A program made the position numbers and the translations under genes. DNA of 63,254 bases, the filler included, from Pelomyxa schiedti (taxonomy: Eukaryota > Protista > Evosea), in assembly GCA_020536535.1 (NCBI GenBank). It is 8 parts of 8 records of this genome, joined end to end, with 100 filler letters (N's around TTAATTAATTAA, not from the genome) between each part and the next. Parts side by side here need not be neighbours in the genome. Positions count along the whole stretch, not along the records: positions 1 to 20,192 come from JAHLWZ010000586.1; positions 20,293 to 24,438 come from JAHLWZ010001636.1; positions 24,539 to 51,677 come from JAHLWZ010001034.1; 5 more parts are not named here. The stretch is one strand, 5' to 3'. Below, one piece after another: positions 12,755-25,229 of this stretch (position 1 is the stretch's first letter; every line of letters begins with the position of its first letter). Below the pieces are notes generated by a model that worked only from the letters and a program-made list of their open reading frames with translations, was not told the origin of the DNA and ran no database searches.

Positions 12755-14073
12755 TCTTGTGTTTGTTTGTTTGTTGTGGTTGTGGTGCTTGAGTGAGAGT
12801 TACCCCGGCTTGTTGGTGTGTTGAATTACTGCTTGGAATTTCAATTTGTTGGATTAGAGGATTTGTTGTACCAGTTGGGGAAACCGATTCGCTGGTGTGG
12901 AACTCGAAACAGGCAAGACCAAAGGGGCAGTACCAAGTTGTCGGATGTTAGTGTACCTACGCGTACCAAAGGCTGACGTGTGGACGTCGGAAACGTGACA
13001 TTCTTGATTCCGTGAACTAATATTAACCTAATGTGAGTCGTGGATGTCTGTCGTTTTTTACATTACATCTGATCCAGATCGAGGCAATGTGACTTCCGCA
13101 TCTGGCAAGTAGATGGCGGCACCCAACTTGTGCTCTGGGTTGTTGTGTTGGCTAGCCGACGAAGAGGGTGTAGAATCCCATAATGAAGCAGCACAGTGAG
13201 ACCCATGGGCTCAGCCGCTCACCGATTCTTGCCATCTTCCAGAATGTGCCGGCAAGCCTATGAAAAGGTGGGGTCAGTGAGCAGAATACAGAATAGAGAT
13301 TCTTTCTATGTGCGTGTGTGATTTGGTGGGTTTAGGTGGTTGGTTCAATCTTGGGAGTTAACATTATATGGCTGAATAAGTACTAATTTGTTTAAAGAAT
13401 ATCACAGCTATTATGGCATATAAATGTGCAAAGGGGGGAAAGGTCACGAGTTGGAAGGATGTATGCATACAATAATGTATTAGAAGAGTGCGAGAGGTTA
13501 CTTGCTTTTAAGGTACAATTTTTCTAGAGGGTGGTTTTTTATGGTTGGTTGCTGGTTTAGCAAATACAGAGAGGAACCGGTACCCGGATTTGTGAGAGTC
13601 CAACAAATATGGGGCGTGGGCGTGCACGTAAGTACAAGAGCATATCAGCAGCAATATCACGATCAACATACTCTTGAAATTAAACAGTGCGCTCTACCGC
13701 ACCCACCCCGCGTTAACGGAAATACACGCAGCCACCCACCCACAAATCAAAACATAAAACATAAATGCAGGGTAAAAAACAGCTCTCCGGTCACCCACCA
13801 TCTCCGCCTGAGCTAAGTGGCCTCGTCACCTTTTTGTTGTCTGTTTGATCTTCCCGGAAATGGTTGGCTTTTCAATCATTAAGTTAGACTGCGGTGGAAC
13901 TCCAGAATCATTTTGGTGGGCCAGATATTTAGCTCACTTCGCCACAATGGTGGTTTTTGAGTTGAACTCGCCGCGGAATCAAGCTCGGAGAGGCCCACTT
14001 CCCCTTCATGAGAGGCAACGCAAATCAGTTTGAGAACCACGGGGGTTTCGTGTTATCATTGTAACTGCATTAG

Positions 14074-15390
14074 ATGGAGGTGCAAATAGTCTCGGTGATC
14101 AAGGCGAAGGAGCAGTTCTTGGCGATAGCAACGAGCTCTTCTCCGCGGTGCGGGGCTGAGAGCCCAGCGAGGCACCTCGCTGCGGGGTGCGGGCCCCTGC
14201 TGCGGGACACCCTGGGGCTCCGCTGGGTCCTGCGCCCCGCCTCGTGGCTCTGCGCCCGCGTCGCCCCCGCGCCCACGCCCACCAGCGAGCTGCGGGGCTG
14301 CGGGTACCTCGCGGTGCTGGTCTCCCACACCCTCGGCTCGCTCCGCGGCCCCCTGGTGACCACCACAAGCAACACCTACCGCGGGAACTACGCCTCGGAC
14401 CGCGAGTGGCTGGGCCCCGCGTGGAGAATGTCGATGGACGGGTGGGGGTTCGACCGGTGGTTCTGCGTGAGGGACGTCGCGGCGCCAGGGGGCGGACGGC
14501 ATGTCGTCCAGAAGCTGACCCAAGACCCGGATTTGAGGCGCAGCGGCGTGCCGCACAGGAAGGTGGATTGTGGGATGTGGGGCCGCGGCGTCCACTTGTA
14601 CGACTGCAACAGCAGGTGGGTTGTGATTGTGGGAGGCGTGAGTAAGACCACGGTCCACGTGTGGAAGGTTCCTCCCTCTTCGTCCAGCAGGTTGAATGAA
14701 GATTCCACACGTGATGATGACAGCCGCAACGAACAGGCATTCACAGTCAGAGAATTCCCAATGGATGGTGGGCGTTTGCAGTCAGTGAAGCTCACCGATG
14801 CTGACAAGGTGCAAATCATGTGTGAGGTGGAGCAGACAAAGCACAGCGATTTGATGTGGATAGAGGTTGATATTGCGGAGTCACTTGGGACTGGTGTGCT
14901 GGTCAGCAGGGCGGTGGTCAAGTGGGATTGGAAAGTGTCTTACAATCTGAAGGGGAAGGACGCTCGCGTGTTTTGGAGTGGCCTGATTCTGACCGACAAG
15001 AACGAGCTTCTTGCACCCTCTGGTGATGTTGTTGTCACGTTGCCAAGCAAGCCTTGGTTGCTTGACCACATTCACTTTGCTTGCATTGCCGACAGCAGAG
15101 GGGTCTATCCTCGTGTGTTGATCTTCAAGCTCAGCCAACCAACACAGCCCTGTCTGAGTGTGTCACTTGTGACCCCAGAATTCCCGATTGACAGAGTGAG
15201 TGGTGGAATGGGCAGCCTCGTCACTTGTGGGATGACTGAGAAGGGTGCATCAAACGCACTTGTGGTGATGTTCTGTGATCCGTGGTCAGGTATGACTGTG
15301 CTCAAGGCAAGGTTTTTGCCACGCCAACTCACTGACACATTGGACTGGAGTGGGGCAGAAATTACTATTTCCCTCCCAGCCGACTGCTAA
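14074..15390 (+). CDS. Intronless lineage-specific family protein (PRCG-SPAR / VSHTLG family), copy 1
   Basis: 438-aa ORF highly similar to the adjacent copy. N-terminal motif EQFLAIATSSSPRCGAESPARHL, then a beta-rich region. Confidence 0.8.
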   Translation: MEVQIVSVIKAKEQFLAIATSSSPRCGAESPARHLAAGCGPLLRDTLGLRWVLRPASWLCARVAPAPTPTSELRGCGYLAVLVSHTLGSLRGPLVTTTSNTYRGNYASDREWLGPAWRMSMDGWGFDRWFCVRDVAAPGGGRHVVQKLTQDPDLRRSGVPHRKVDCGMWGRGVHLYDCNSRWVVIVGGVSKTTVHVWKVPPSSSSRLNEDSTRDDDSRNEQAFTVREFPMDGGRLQSVKLTDADKVQIMCEVEQTKHSDLMWIEVDIAESLGTGVLVSRAVVKWDWKVSYNLKGKDARVFWSGLILTDKNELLAPSGDVVVTLPSKPWLLDHIHFACIADSRGVYPRVLIFKLSQPTQPCLSVSLVTPEFPIDRVSGGMGSLVTCGMTEKGASNALVVMFCDPWSGMTVLKARFLPRQLTDTLDWSGAEITISLPADC

Positions 15391-15468
15391 ACAGAGCCAA
15401 CATTAGAGTAGAGTATTTTCTCTCTGAAATGAGCTAGATTTGATGGTTCGTGAAAAACCCTAAACAAG

Positions 15469-17003
15469 ATGGAGGTGCAAATCGTATCCGTGACCAAAGC
15501 CATCGACCAGCTCGTCGCGGTCGCGATGAGTTCGTCGCCGCGATGCGGATACGGGAGCCCAGCGAGGCACCTCGCTGCGGGGTGCGGGCCCCTGCTGCGG
15601 GACTCCCTGGGGCTCCGCTGGGTCCTGGGCCCCGCCTCGTGGCTCTGCGCCCGCGTCGCCCCCGTGCCCGCGTCCACCAGCGAGCCGCGGGGCTGCGGGT
15701 ACCTCACGGTGCTGGTCTCCCACACCCTCGGCGCCCTCCGCGACCCCGTGGTGAGCACAACAAGCGAGTACCAGGGGTACATGCTGGACCGCGAGTGGGT
15801 GGGCCCCGCGTGGAGAATATCGATCCAGGGGTTCCGGGTCGACAGGTGGTTCTGCGTGAGGGATGTTGCTGCAGGGCCTGGCGGGAGGGTAGTCCAGAGG
15901 CTTACGAAAGACCCGGATTTGAGACGCAGCGGCGTGCCGCGCAGGAAGGTGAATTGTGGGATGGGGGGCTCCGGCGTCCACTTGTACGACTGCAACAGCA
16001 GGTGGGTTGTGATTGTGGGAGGTGTGAGTAAGACCACGGTCCACGTGTGGAAGGTGCCTCCCTCTTCGTTCGACACCATGAACCGAAGTGGTGGTGGTTC
16101 CACTGAAGATTTGAAAGGTGGGAGTTGCAGTGACGAGGAGGTGTTCACAGTCAGAGAATTCCCAATGGATTGTGGGATTTTGCACTCAGTGAACCTCACC
16201 AGTGCTGACGAAGTGGCAGTCGTGTGTGAGGTGGAGCCGAAAACGCGCAGCGATTTGATGTGGATACAGGTTGATATTGCGGAGTCACTTGAGACTGGTG
16301 TGCTGGTCAGCAGGGTGATGGTCAAATGGGATTGGAAAGTTTCTTTCAATCTGAGGGAGAAGAAGGCACGTGTGTTTTGGAGTGGCCTGCTTCTGACTGA
16401 CAAGAACGAGCTTCTTGCGCCATCTGGTGATGTTGTTGTCACGCTGCCAAGCAAGCCTTGGTTGGTTNNNNNNNNNNNNNNNNNNNNNNNNNNNNNNNNN
16501 NNNNNNNNNNNNNNNNNNNNNNNNNNNNNNNNNNNNNNNNNNNNNNNNNNNNNNNNNNNNNNNNNNNCAATCTGAGGGAGAAGAAGGCACGTGTGTTTTG
16601 GAGTGGCCTGCTTCTGACTGACAAGAACGAGCTTCTTGCGCCATCTGGTGATGTTGTTGTCACGCTGCCAAGCAAGCCTTGGTTGGTTGACCAGACTCAC
16701 TTTGCTTGCATTGCGGACAGCACACATGTTCACTTGTTCAAGCTCAGCCAGCCAACACGGCCCTGTTCGGTTGTGTCCCTGCTGACTGCAGATTTCCTGT
16801 TTGACAGAGTGAGTGGTGGAATGGGCAGCCTTGTGACTTGTGGGATGACTGAGAAGGGTGCATCAAACGCACTTGTGGTGATGTTCTGTGATCCGTGGTC
16901 AGGAATGCCTGTGCTCAAAGCAAGGTTTTTGCCACACCAAATCACTGACACATTGGATTGGAGTGCTGCTGAATTACCTATTCCACCCTCATCCCAATGT
17001 TAA
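15469..17003 (+). CDS. Tandem paralog, copy 2 (split by an assembly gap)
   Basis: 16347-16467 is repeated at 16568-16688 across a 100-N gap. Collapsing the overlap gives a 437-aa ORF colinear with copy 1. Confidence 0.8.
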
Positions 17004-17355
17004 AAAACACAGTCGTGAAGTGGCCTCAATGGCTCATAAAATCACCCTCCTCAGCTGAGGAGTATGAATCGCTGAAGCCAAGCTCGTGTAATTTAATTAA
17101 TTCCATGGTGCCCAGTTGTTTTTCTACATTTCGAAACCACAGGAAGGAATTTTGGGGGTACAAAAATCATCATTCTTTTTTCCCAGTAAATGGACAGACA
17201 AATCGTTCGTGTGGTGGTGGTGCACTGAGTGGAAGTGGACTCCGTAAGTGCCGTGAGTGACAGACAGTAAGACCTCCGCTCTGTTGCCGGAATTAGCGAG
17301 AGCGGAAAGTGGAAAAAGCGAACCGGTGAATGAGAGCTCTCTCTCAGCTGTTGTT

Positions 17356-18135
17356 GATGTGTGGCACACAACACCCCGCTCAGGTGGAGGACGGCACGGA
17401 ATCGCGGAGAGACGAGAGCCACCCCACACAGCACCATGCTTGTTAAAGGCACGGTGGACGGCGGTGGCAACACCCACAACGCGAACCACGGCATCCACCA
17501 CCCGAGGGGTGTGCGTGTGTTGGCCTGCTGTTGTTGCTGCTGATGATATGGATGATTACGATCTCAAGTGATGATCCCGCTGCTCGACTCTGGAAAACGG
17601 GTTAAGAAACATTTAAATAAAAGGTGTCAAACCTGTTTGTGGTGCTCCTAATGGCAGAGGCGATGTGTGGCACACAACACCCCGCTCAGGCGGAGGACGG
17701 CACGGAATCGCGGAGAGACGAGAGCCACCCCACACAGCACCATGCTTGTCAAAGGCACGGTGGACGGCGGTGGCAACACCCACAACGCGAACCACGGCAT
17801 CCACCACCCGAGGGGGGTGTGTGTTGGCCTGCTGTTGCTGCTGATGATGATATGGATGATTACGATCTCAAGTGATAATGCTGCTCGGCTCTGGAAAACG
17901 GGTTAAGAAACATTTAAATAAAATGTGTCACCTGTTTGTTGTGCTCCTCATGGCAGAGGCGATGTGTTCCGCTCAGGCGGAGGACGGCACGGAATCGCGG
18001 AGAGACGAGAGCCACCCCACACAGCACCGTGCTTGTTAAAGGCACGGTGGACGGCAGTGGCAACACCCGCAACGCGAACCACGGCATCCGCCACCCGAGG
18101 GCGTGTTGGCCTCCAATTTGTTGCTGCTGATGAAC
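17356..18135. repeat. About 300-bp tandem repeat, roughly 2.6 copies
   Basis: The core CGCTCAGG(C/T)GGAGGACGGCACGGAATCGCGGAGAGACGAGAGCCACCCCACACAGCACC recurs near 17377, 17682 and 17970. Confidence 0.9.
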
Positions 18136-18892
18136 ACGTCGGATCTTCGGCAATGATGACAATAAAAACGCCGGCACCGGCCTCGTCGTGGACGGTGCGT
18201 CATCTACACACAATCGAGAATAAGAAATAAACCAAAATAATGATTTTACCTGCTGTCTAGATCTTGCCGTTTGTCCCGTAAAACACACAGGCGAGTTCGT
18301 GTAGGGACACGTAAAACACTTCTTGAACGCGGCAAAGAGTGCAAGAAAACACCTGACCCGTAATAAGAATAAGAGACACAGCAGCGTCACTGCGTCTAGG
18401 GTCTCACTCGCCCACCAACGAAAAAAAAGAAATGGTTGTGAATGCATACGTATGGCCGGTCGCATGTTGTTGCGGAAATGTGATCTTGCCTTTGTTGTGT
18501 TTTTTTATTTTTTGGTTCTTTCCGGTTTTTAAGTCCGGCCAATTGGATCTTAACCGATAATTATCTGCAATTGCGATTTTCCCAAAAACCAATTGCACCA
18601 AGCAGATCACTTCCACATTGTTCAGTGATCTGGTCAGCCAGATTAGAGGAAGTGACGATCGTTGTGGGAGACGCTCGTGGTCCATGCATCACGTTTGAGC
18701 GGAATTCCGCATCATCAGTGGTTGCAACTTGAAAGGAGCGAGCAACGACCCTCTGGGTGAGTTAATTTATTGACACCAAAAAATGGAGGACCAAGAAAAG
18801 ATCCAGTATTATTATGTACAGTCCTACCTCTCTGTCTGCCAGCAAAATAAACACACACTGTTTGTACTCCTCTTTGGTACGAGTTGTGGAAC

Positions 18893-20192
18893 TCAGAAGT
18901 CGCACACATTGCATGATAATATCCACTTGGACTCATCAAATCTGTGTTTCATTGAGAAAGGGCCATTGGAAAACTGAGAGACACACCTGGAATCCAGAAC
19001 TTTCAACAAAGGGTGTGTCATGTCATGGGTATTCCGCTGTGAGTGGGTCAGGGCTATGAGGTTGTTTAACTTGAACATACATTTCCATAGTAACTCCGGC
19101 AAGAGAATTCCCGGCTCCGCTCACAAGCTTCACACATGTCATAGTCATCACACACCTTTTTGTGTTTATTTTGTTGGTTGTTTGTATCAAAGTGAGTGGA
19201 GGCGCACACCAAGCACTTCCAGTTTATTCCAGTGCATTTTCTCATGCATTTGGAACCTTTTCCATCACAGGAAACCCACCGGGGATTGTTTCCTCGTTGT
19301 TCGGCATCATATAATTCATTGTCAGGAACAACTACCTCCCAGAATTTGGAGTGTTCATGTCCGTGTCCTGCTTTGTGACAGCTGGGACATATTTTGTAGT
19401 CGTTGCATTCGGTGCACTGTTGGAGAGAGAGAGTGAGAGTGAGACCTTACGTCATCAATGTTGGGTGCAGAGAAACAACCTGATAAATGACTTCGCCAAA
19501 GAAGAGGCACAAACACTGCAAATTCCGGTGTGAATTGCATATGTTGGTGCAAGCGCGATCTTCGGTTGTGTCCAGTGAAATGGTGTGGACACTTTCACCA
19601 TGAGATGTGTCCTGTAAAAACCGTTTGTGGAGGAAAAATACAGTTGTGGAGACATACCTTGGGTGGAAGGACTCACACTTTTCACATAAATAAACATCAT
19701 TGCAGTGGAGGCACTTGAAGAAAACTTCCATTGGAAACGCTTTGCAGTGGTCACATCCTCTGTTTTTTTTTTTTTTTTTTGGAGAATAAGTTAAAAGGGA
19801 GAGTGAGAAGGCATTTTACATGTGTGAAACGTCGAAGAATATTTTCTCCCACCAAGAGGCATCATTGCAACCTGTGGTGAGCAGAACGATCCTGCTGTGC
19901 GAATATGCAACAACAGATGCAATTTTAGAGGGAAGGGGAGCACCCCTATCTGAGTCTTCACCCGTATCGGAGTCAAGAGGCTCAGGAACGGAAATTGCGG
20001 GAAAAACTGCAGCGGGAACTGCAGGGGTATTAGGATCAATTCCCGGTTCAGTTGAACCACTGGGTGTTTCAGGTGTAGTGGTTGTGGGAACAACAGAAGG
20101 TTGTGACTCTTGCTCTCCACTCACCGATTTATTCTGTACCAGTTCTGCAGCAGCGGCCACAGCGGCAGCTTGTATGTCTCTTTCAGCCAGCT
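18893..20192 (-). CDS. ZZ-type zinc-finger repeat protein (paralog of 53261-54937), 5'-truncated at the contig end
   Basis: Contains CDHCKAFPMEVFFKCLHCNDVYLCEKCESFH and two more CxxC...CxxC...CxxC...H units. Near-identical in sequence and intron layout to 53.6-54.9 kb. Confidence 0.8.
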
Positions 20193-20292
20193 NNNNNNNN
20201 NNNNNNNNNNNNNNNNNNNNNNNNNNNNNNNNNNNNTTAATTAATTAANNNNNNNNNNNNNNNNNNNNNNNNNNNNNNNNNNNNNNNNNNNN
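20193..20292. other. Artificial contig linker N-TTAATTAATTAA-N (also near 24483, 51722, 53205, 57518, 59712, 61830)
   Basis: An identical 12-mer that gives stops in all six frames, embedded in N runs. Genes are truncated at these points. Confidence 0.97.
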
Positions 20293-20594
20293 TTCCCTGT
20301 GTGGGAGGTTTTTCTCCTCTCCACCATGGTGGATCCAGGCGGGCTGCTCACGCCTTCGTCTACAACAAATGTTACACCGTCTCTCCCAATACAGGCTCAA
20401 ACCAAGGCGACCATAGAGAGCTAATCACTTGGAAAGTGATTTTTCCGAATTTTTTGGAGACTCCCAATTAATAATTACTTGGGTTGGATGACTGACGATG
20501 ACTGTACGAGTACTAACCAGTGCTCACGTGAGCGAGAAAACCTCATTGCACCGATACACATAGCATTCAAACCAAACTTCTACAGCGCGAGTGC

Positions 20595-21029
20595 ATGGAC
20601 GGAAACGTAATGCGCGACGGGAGTGGGACGAGTGGCAGGGGTGGCGCTATGGAAAGGGCATTGGCGGCCTTATCGAGGGCAGTCGCCGACCTTACTGACC
20701 TTTTCAATGCCAAGGTATCCATTTAACAGCAACAAATTAATCAAGAAAGGACTAAAAAAACAAACAGGGTAAAGGCACGCAAGCCACACCCGCTATAGAA
20801 ACCATGTTCGTAGAGAGCGCCAATGCCGCTACAGTCCAAGTGGCCAACGCCAGCAGGTGCATCCAGCCCCTCCCCGATGAGGTAAGTTGCTATTTTTCTA
20901 TGTTTCCCATTCTCAATCACTTCAAAGGTGACCAGTGATGCCAATGTCCCAGACTGGTCAACTGGTGATGAAGATTTTCGTGGGAAGAAGCAGACTGCTG
21001 CAACTTTTGATGCTAAGAAGGCTCACTGA
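20595..21029 (+). CDS. Small 3-exon hypothetical protein (111 aa), absent from the ORF track
   Basis: Exons 20595-20714, 20768-20881 and 20928-21029 are joined by phase-0 GT-AG introns (GTATCC..ACAG, GTAAGT..AAAG). The result is an open frame MDGNVMR...AKKAH-stop. Confidence 0.65.
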
Positions 21030-21130
21030 TTTTTGGAAAAACGAATAACAAGCCAATGTGAAAGCTTTTTTTCATTGTTGGAAATGTGGGTGAGTACTTG
21101 AGGGGTACTTGTGGGGGTTGTTGGGTGGGG

Positions 21131-23286
21131 TTATGGGTCCAAAGGTCCTATGGGCATGGATCTCAAATTCTGCGCAACTGGATCATCAGGTTTGAGAGGA
21201 ATGACAATTGACATCGCATCAATCAAAGCCACGTAACCTAATGGATGGATCAGTTTTAATGGTAAGGTGGCTGAACGCATACCTTCGTGGTTGGCAATCG
21301 ACTTCTTCTTGTATCCGATTGCAGCGTTCTTACATGCAATGACCTTACCTATGTCTAGCCTCTGCAAGTCCGTGTTCGTGCGAAATTGGAGGGCTTGCAA
21401 AGCCTTGCTGCTAAAAAATACTTTCTTATGCGTTCCATCTTCGAAGAGGAGGTAGAACGTGTTCCCGTGGTCAGACCCTGTGACCCTTCCAACAAAATCT
21501 TGGTCAAATATGAGAGGACAAAAGGCAAAAGCGAAAGTAAGACCTTTGCGCTGGCAGGAATGAGTATTCCGCTCCGAAGTGTCGGCACACACGTCGTGTA
21601 TTCTCTTGAGCTCTTTCCCAGGGGTTGGTGTGTATGCCAGCCATCGGTTACCAATGGGTCTCGTGTACTGGTAACAAGCTCGCACGGCGGCTCCGGGATG
21701 CGGAGCGGCAGCTACAGCCTTGAAGTCCAGTACTGCGTCAGGCTCCATCTTGGTGGATGACTGTATTGTGACACGATATACACAGCCTTCTACAAATTTA
21801 AAATCTTGGTCCATGGTCACCATAGCCTCTCTATTCTGGGAGATAATTTTAGTGGTGAAGGTAAAAAAGAAAAGGAAGGGTACATTCAAGTCGACACCAA
21901 GGAATTGATTTGTAGAAACACTGCAGATATTTAACAACGACACGGAAATGCTTCCGGAAAGGCACTTCTCCAGACTTCCCAAGTCCAGGTTCACATCAAC
22001 ACCCTGCCAAATATCAGCAAGAAAGAAGGAATGAATGAACGGAAACCACCTGAGGTTGGACATCTCCTACTAGGTTGTTTGGAGAAGGCATTGGAGGGGG
22101 GTCCAACGGGAGCACTTGAAGAGCTGTACTTTGATGTTGCTTCCTTGGGGTCGAGGTGAGATCAGCGGGTCCGAGAAGTTCTTCGAGAATTGCGTCGAGC
22201 TCTGCGGCTTGTTTATTGAGGTACTCCTCCCCCTTGGTGTGAGATGTATCCAAAGAAGAATAGGTAGTAGCAGTAACATTAGTACAACAAGACAGAGCTT
22301 GATCCTCAGCAATTAAGGAATGTGGAGAAAAAGGAAGAGGCCTCTTTGATCCACTGTACCTTTGCGTAGTGTGAGGAATCAGGGAGAATATATGTGTGCT
22401 TTATTACCTCGGCACGTCTGTCCTGTCTGGATATGATGTTGTACTTGTGCCGCGCTGAGGCTGCGGTTTCCGTTGCTGCTGGTGGTGTTTCTTCTGGTTG
22501 TTTGGCCTGTTGCTGGCACCAGCAACAGCTGCGGTACTAGAAGACGTGCAAGTCGAAGTCGAAGCAGTCCCATTCTTTGTCGGCACGTTCTTCTTGATAA
22601 CGCGAGCAGGGGGTTGCCTGAATTTCACGACTCGATTAGTGAACACGGAAAAAAACATTCTTGTGGTTTAGTAGATAGTGAAGAATGAATCTAGAAAACT
22701 ACACACTTGTCCACGGAGGATGCTTCTGAATGTGCACAGAGAGTAGTAATCTTGTCGGTGCCCGAACTGCATAAGATTGTTGCAACTTTTACTTGTCCAA
22801 TCAGGTTCTCCTCTTTCTCGGTTATACTATCACTGTTTTTATGGGTCAATCTCGTGAAGAAAAAAAAAAGGCAGGAGAAATCACACATTGGAATAGGAGG
22901 AACAACGTGATCCACGGTTACTTTTGCGAGGTCTTCACCACGCCTTTCAAGAATCTCCCAGATGTTCAAATCTATTGTATCATACTGCTTTACAACTAAC
23001 ACGTCTTTCCTGAATAAAAAATAAGGTCAGCTACAACAAGTCAAAACAGTGCAAAACAGCGACAACATTAACAAACAGAACAAAAAAAAACTGGGGGAAA
23101 ATGCACGTACGCATTGCGAAAGGAAGAGACGATGGCGAGGGCATCGCCGGATCTGGGTGCTTCGTGTCCTGAAGTCCATAAAACGATCCCCTCCTCTTTT
23201 TCAACGATGCGGCCAGTCCTGGCGCTTATACGGAGACCAGACACTGAGTGTCTGGTTTCCATACTTCTGGGGTCCGGGTTCCTCAT
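21131..23286 (-). CDS. Multi-exon protein with a C-terminal OB fold (RPA1/POT1-like ssDNA-binding type)
   Basis: The C-terminal DFVGRV...YLLFEDGT...GKVIACKNAAI...SIVIPLKPDDPVAQNLRS pattern resembles the RPA70 DBD-B OB fold. Exon 1 splices in frame into the 23.0 kb exon. Confidence 0.55.
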
Positions 23287-24538
23287 CTTGACGGATGAAA
23301 AAACAGCTACCACCCCGACGTACATCTCGTGTTTGGTTGTTGGTTTGTTTATTAGTTTTGACTTTTGGTAATTTCCATTTTTCCATTCCTGTAAACTGCG
23401 GCATAACAACCCAAAAAAAGCACTCGGGCAATTGGCCGATTGCTGCCGAGTTTTCACCGTAACGTCTCGCCATCGCCGAAGAGCTGGCCGCCATGTAGCA
23501 GCCGAGACGCCGTTATGGGTTGGCTTTATATCACAACGAACTTGTGCTTGTGGCAGTTATAACTTGTAACCAAAATTCTCGTGTTTGTTCTGTCCCTTCA
23601 ACAAGGGAAAAAATACCCACCAAAGGACATGGAGCTTTTCACGCATTTGCATAGTAAAGGACTACTACTTGGTTATTTGTCCATGACAACGTTCTATGCT
23701 CCTAGTACCTATTGCTATTGTATACGGTTTATTTTTGCCTGAGGTGACCTTTTTCCCTCGGTACTTCTCTTCAACTACCTTTGCACAGTGAAACATCGAC
23801 CATAATCCATCCTAGAGTGCCAGTTATGAGCCGGCTTTGATATGTGTAAACTATAGGCTAGTTAACACTGTGGTTGAGAGTGTAAAAATGTTACTTCGTA
23901 TATTGCTTTCTGGTTAGAACCCCAGTGAAACGATGGAACTGTACCTTCACAATTTACTGGTGACCCAATGTAACCATTTGGCAGGTTTTTCTTAATGAGT
24001 AGGTTACACTGACTAACAATAGTTTTGTTGACCAAATCTACAATAAGAAATGTCGACTTGCCTCTGAGCTGATGATTCTTGTGGATGGAATGTCACCTCA
24101 TCGGCTCCAGACTATATTTGCCATGTATTCTAATTCTTCAAGGGGAAGTCATTCAATTGACTCAAATACTTCAAGAATCTAAAGAAGTCACTATCATCAG
24201 TAAGGGCAATGACAATGGCACACTTGGAAAACAAGCCGTTAGAATCAGCATCTCCTCTCATATATCTAAAAGTTGTAATTCTCATACATTTTGCAAACCC
24301 AGTGCAAGTTGGAAGCCCTTGACCTCAAACTAAACGCCAATTAGGCCTTCCACAAGCCTATGTAATTGTCCCCTCCATGTGGGTGATAATGCCGAACTGC
24401 TAATCCCAAGGCTGGATGACTTCATTGCACATGGGGACNNNNNNNNNNNNNNNNNNNNNNNNNNNNNNNNNNNNNNNNNNNNTTAATTAATTAANNNNNN
24501 NNNNNNNNNNNNNNNNNNNNNNNNNNNNNNNNNNNNNN

Positions 24539-24832
24539 CTCCCTGGGCCGCAGGCACGGGGCCGCCTGCACAACCCAGCGGACCGCCCGCCTCCACCCCC
24601 TGCACACGCACTGGGCCAGCACCTCGGCCAGCCGGTCGCGGTCCGCGGCGGGGCTGTGGAAGTCCACGAGCCGGGGCAGCCGCACGTGCTGGGCCAGCAG
24701 CTGGGACTCGAGCGCGGCCTCCGCGCCGAGAGCCTCCAGGAGGCTGACGACGTCGAGGGGGTCGACCGGAGCCACACGGAGCATGTCTCGGACGAAGCAA
24801 CCCACGGTGTTCCGCCCCAACAACCCCTGCAT
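24539..24832 (-). CDS. Fragment of a GC-rich hypothetical protein, truncated at a linker
   Basis: Open helical-looking frame (DMLRVAPVDPLDVVSLLEALG...CRGWRRAVRWVV) with high GC3. Confidence 0.45.
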
Positions 24833-25229
24833 TATTGCCGCTGAGCTAGGTGGGGGTGGCTCAGGCTGATCAAGGAGAAAAAGTTTTCAAGACGTAATGT
24901 TCTACTTTCACACACGGAACTTCTGTTTTGGTTACGTCGGCATGACTGCATCGTCGGAGCCAGAGGGCTTGATTCAACACGAAAAACAATAAAAAAAAAA
25001 GGAGCCTTTTTGTGTATCCCTAGCCCCAACACGTGGGATAGGCGCAACAGCAAGCACAACAACCGGGGAATGCTGCCAACGTGGTGGTGCTGGAACTGCC
25101 AACTTTTAGTGGTGCGATGACTGAAATAATAAACACAGGAGTGAATCCCGGTTGTGTATTCTGTATTCCTTGGGCAGAGGTTGTTTTTTTTTATTATTAT
25201 TATTTATTTATTGGTTTGTGCATTCAGTA

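Noticed and set aside
16568-17003. A third tandem paralog
   Set aside because: The 121 nt on either side of the gap are identical. It is an unmerged overlap of copy 2.
20237-20248. Recurrent TTAATTAATTAA as a biological motif
   Set aside because: It is always embedded in N runs and is an artificial six-frame-stop linker. Genes across linkers are not neighbours.
23500-24438. Possible multi-exon gene fragment on the minus strand
   Set aside because: I could not assemble a consistent frame or recognise a domain.
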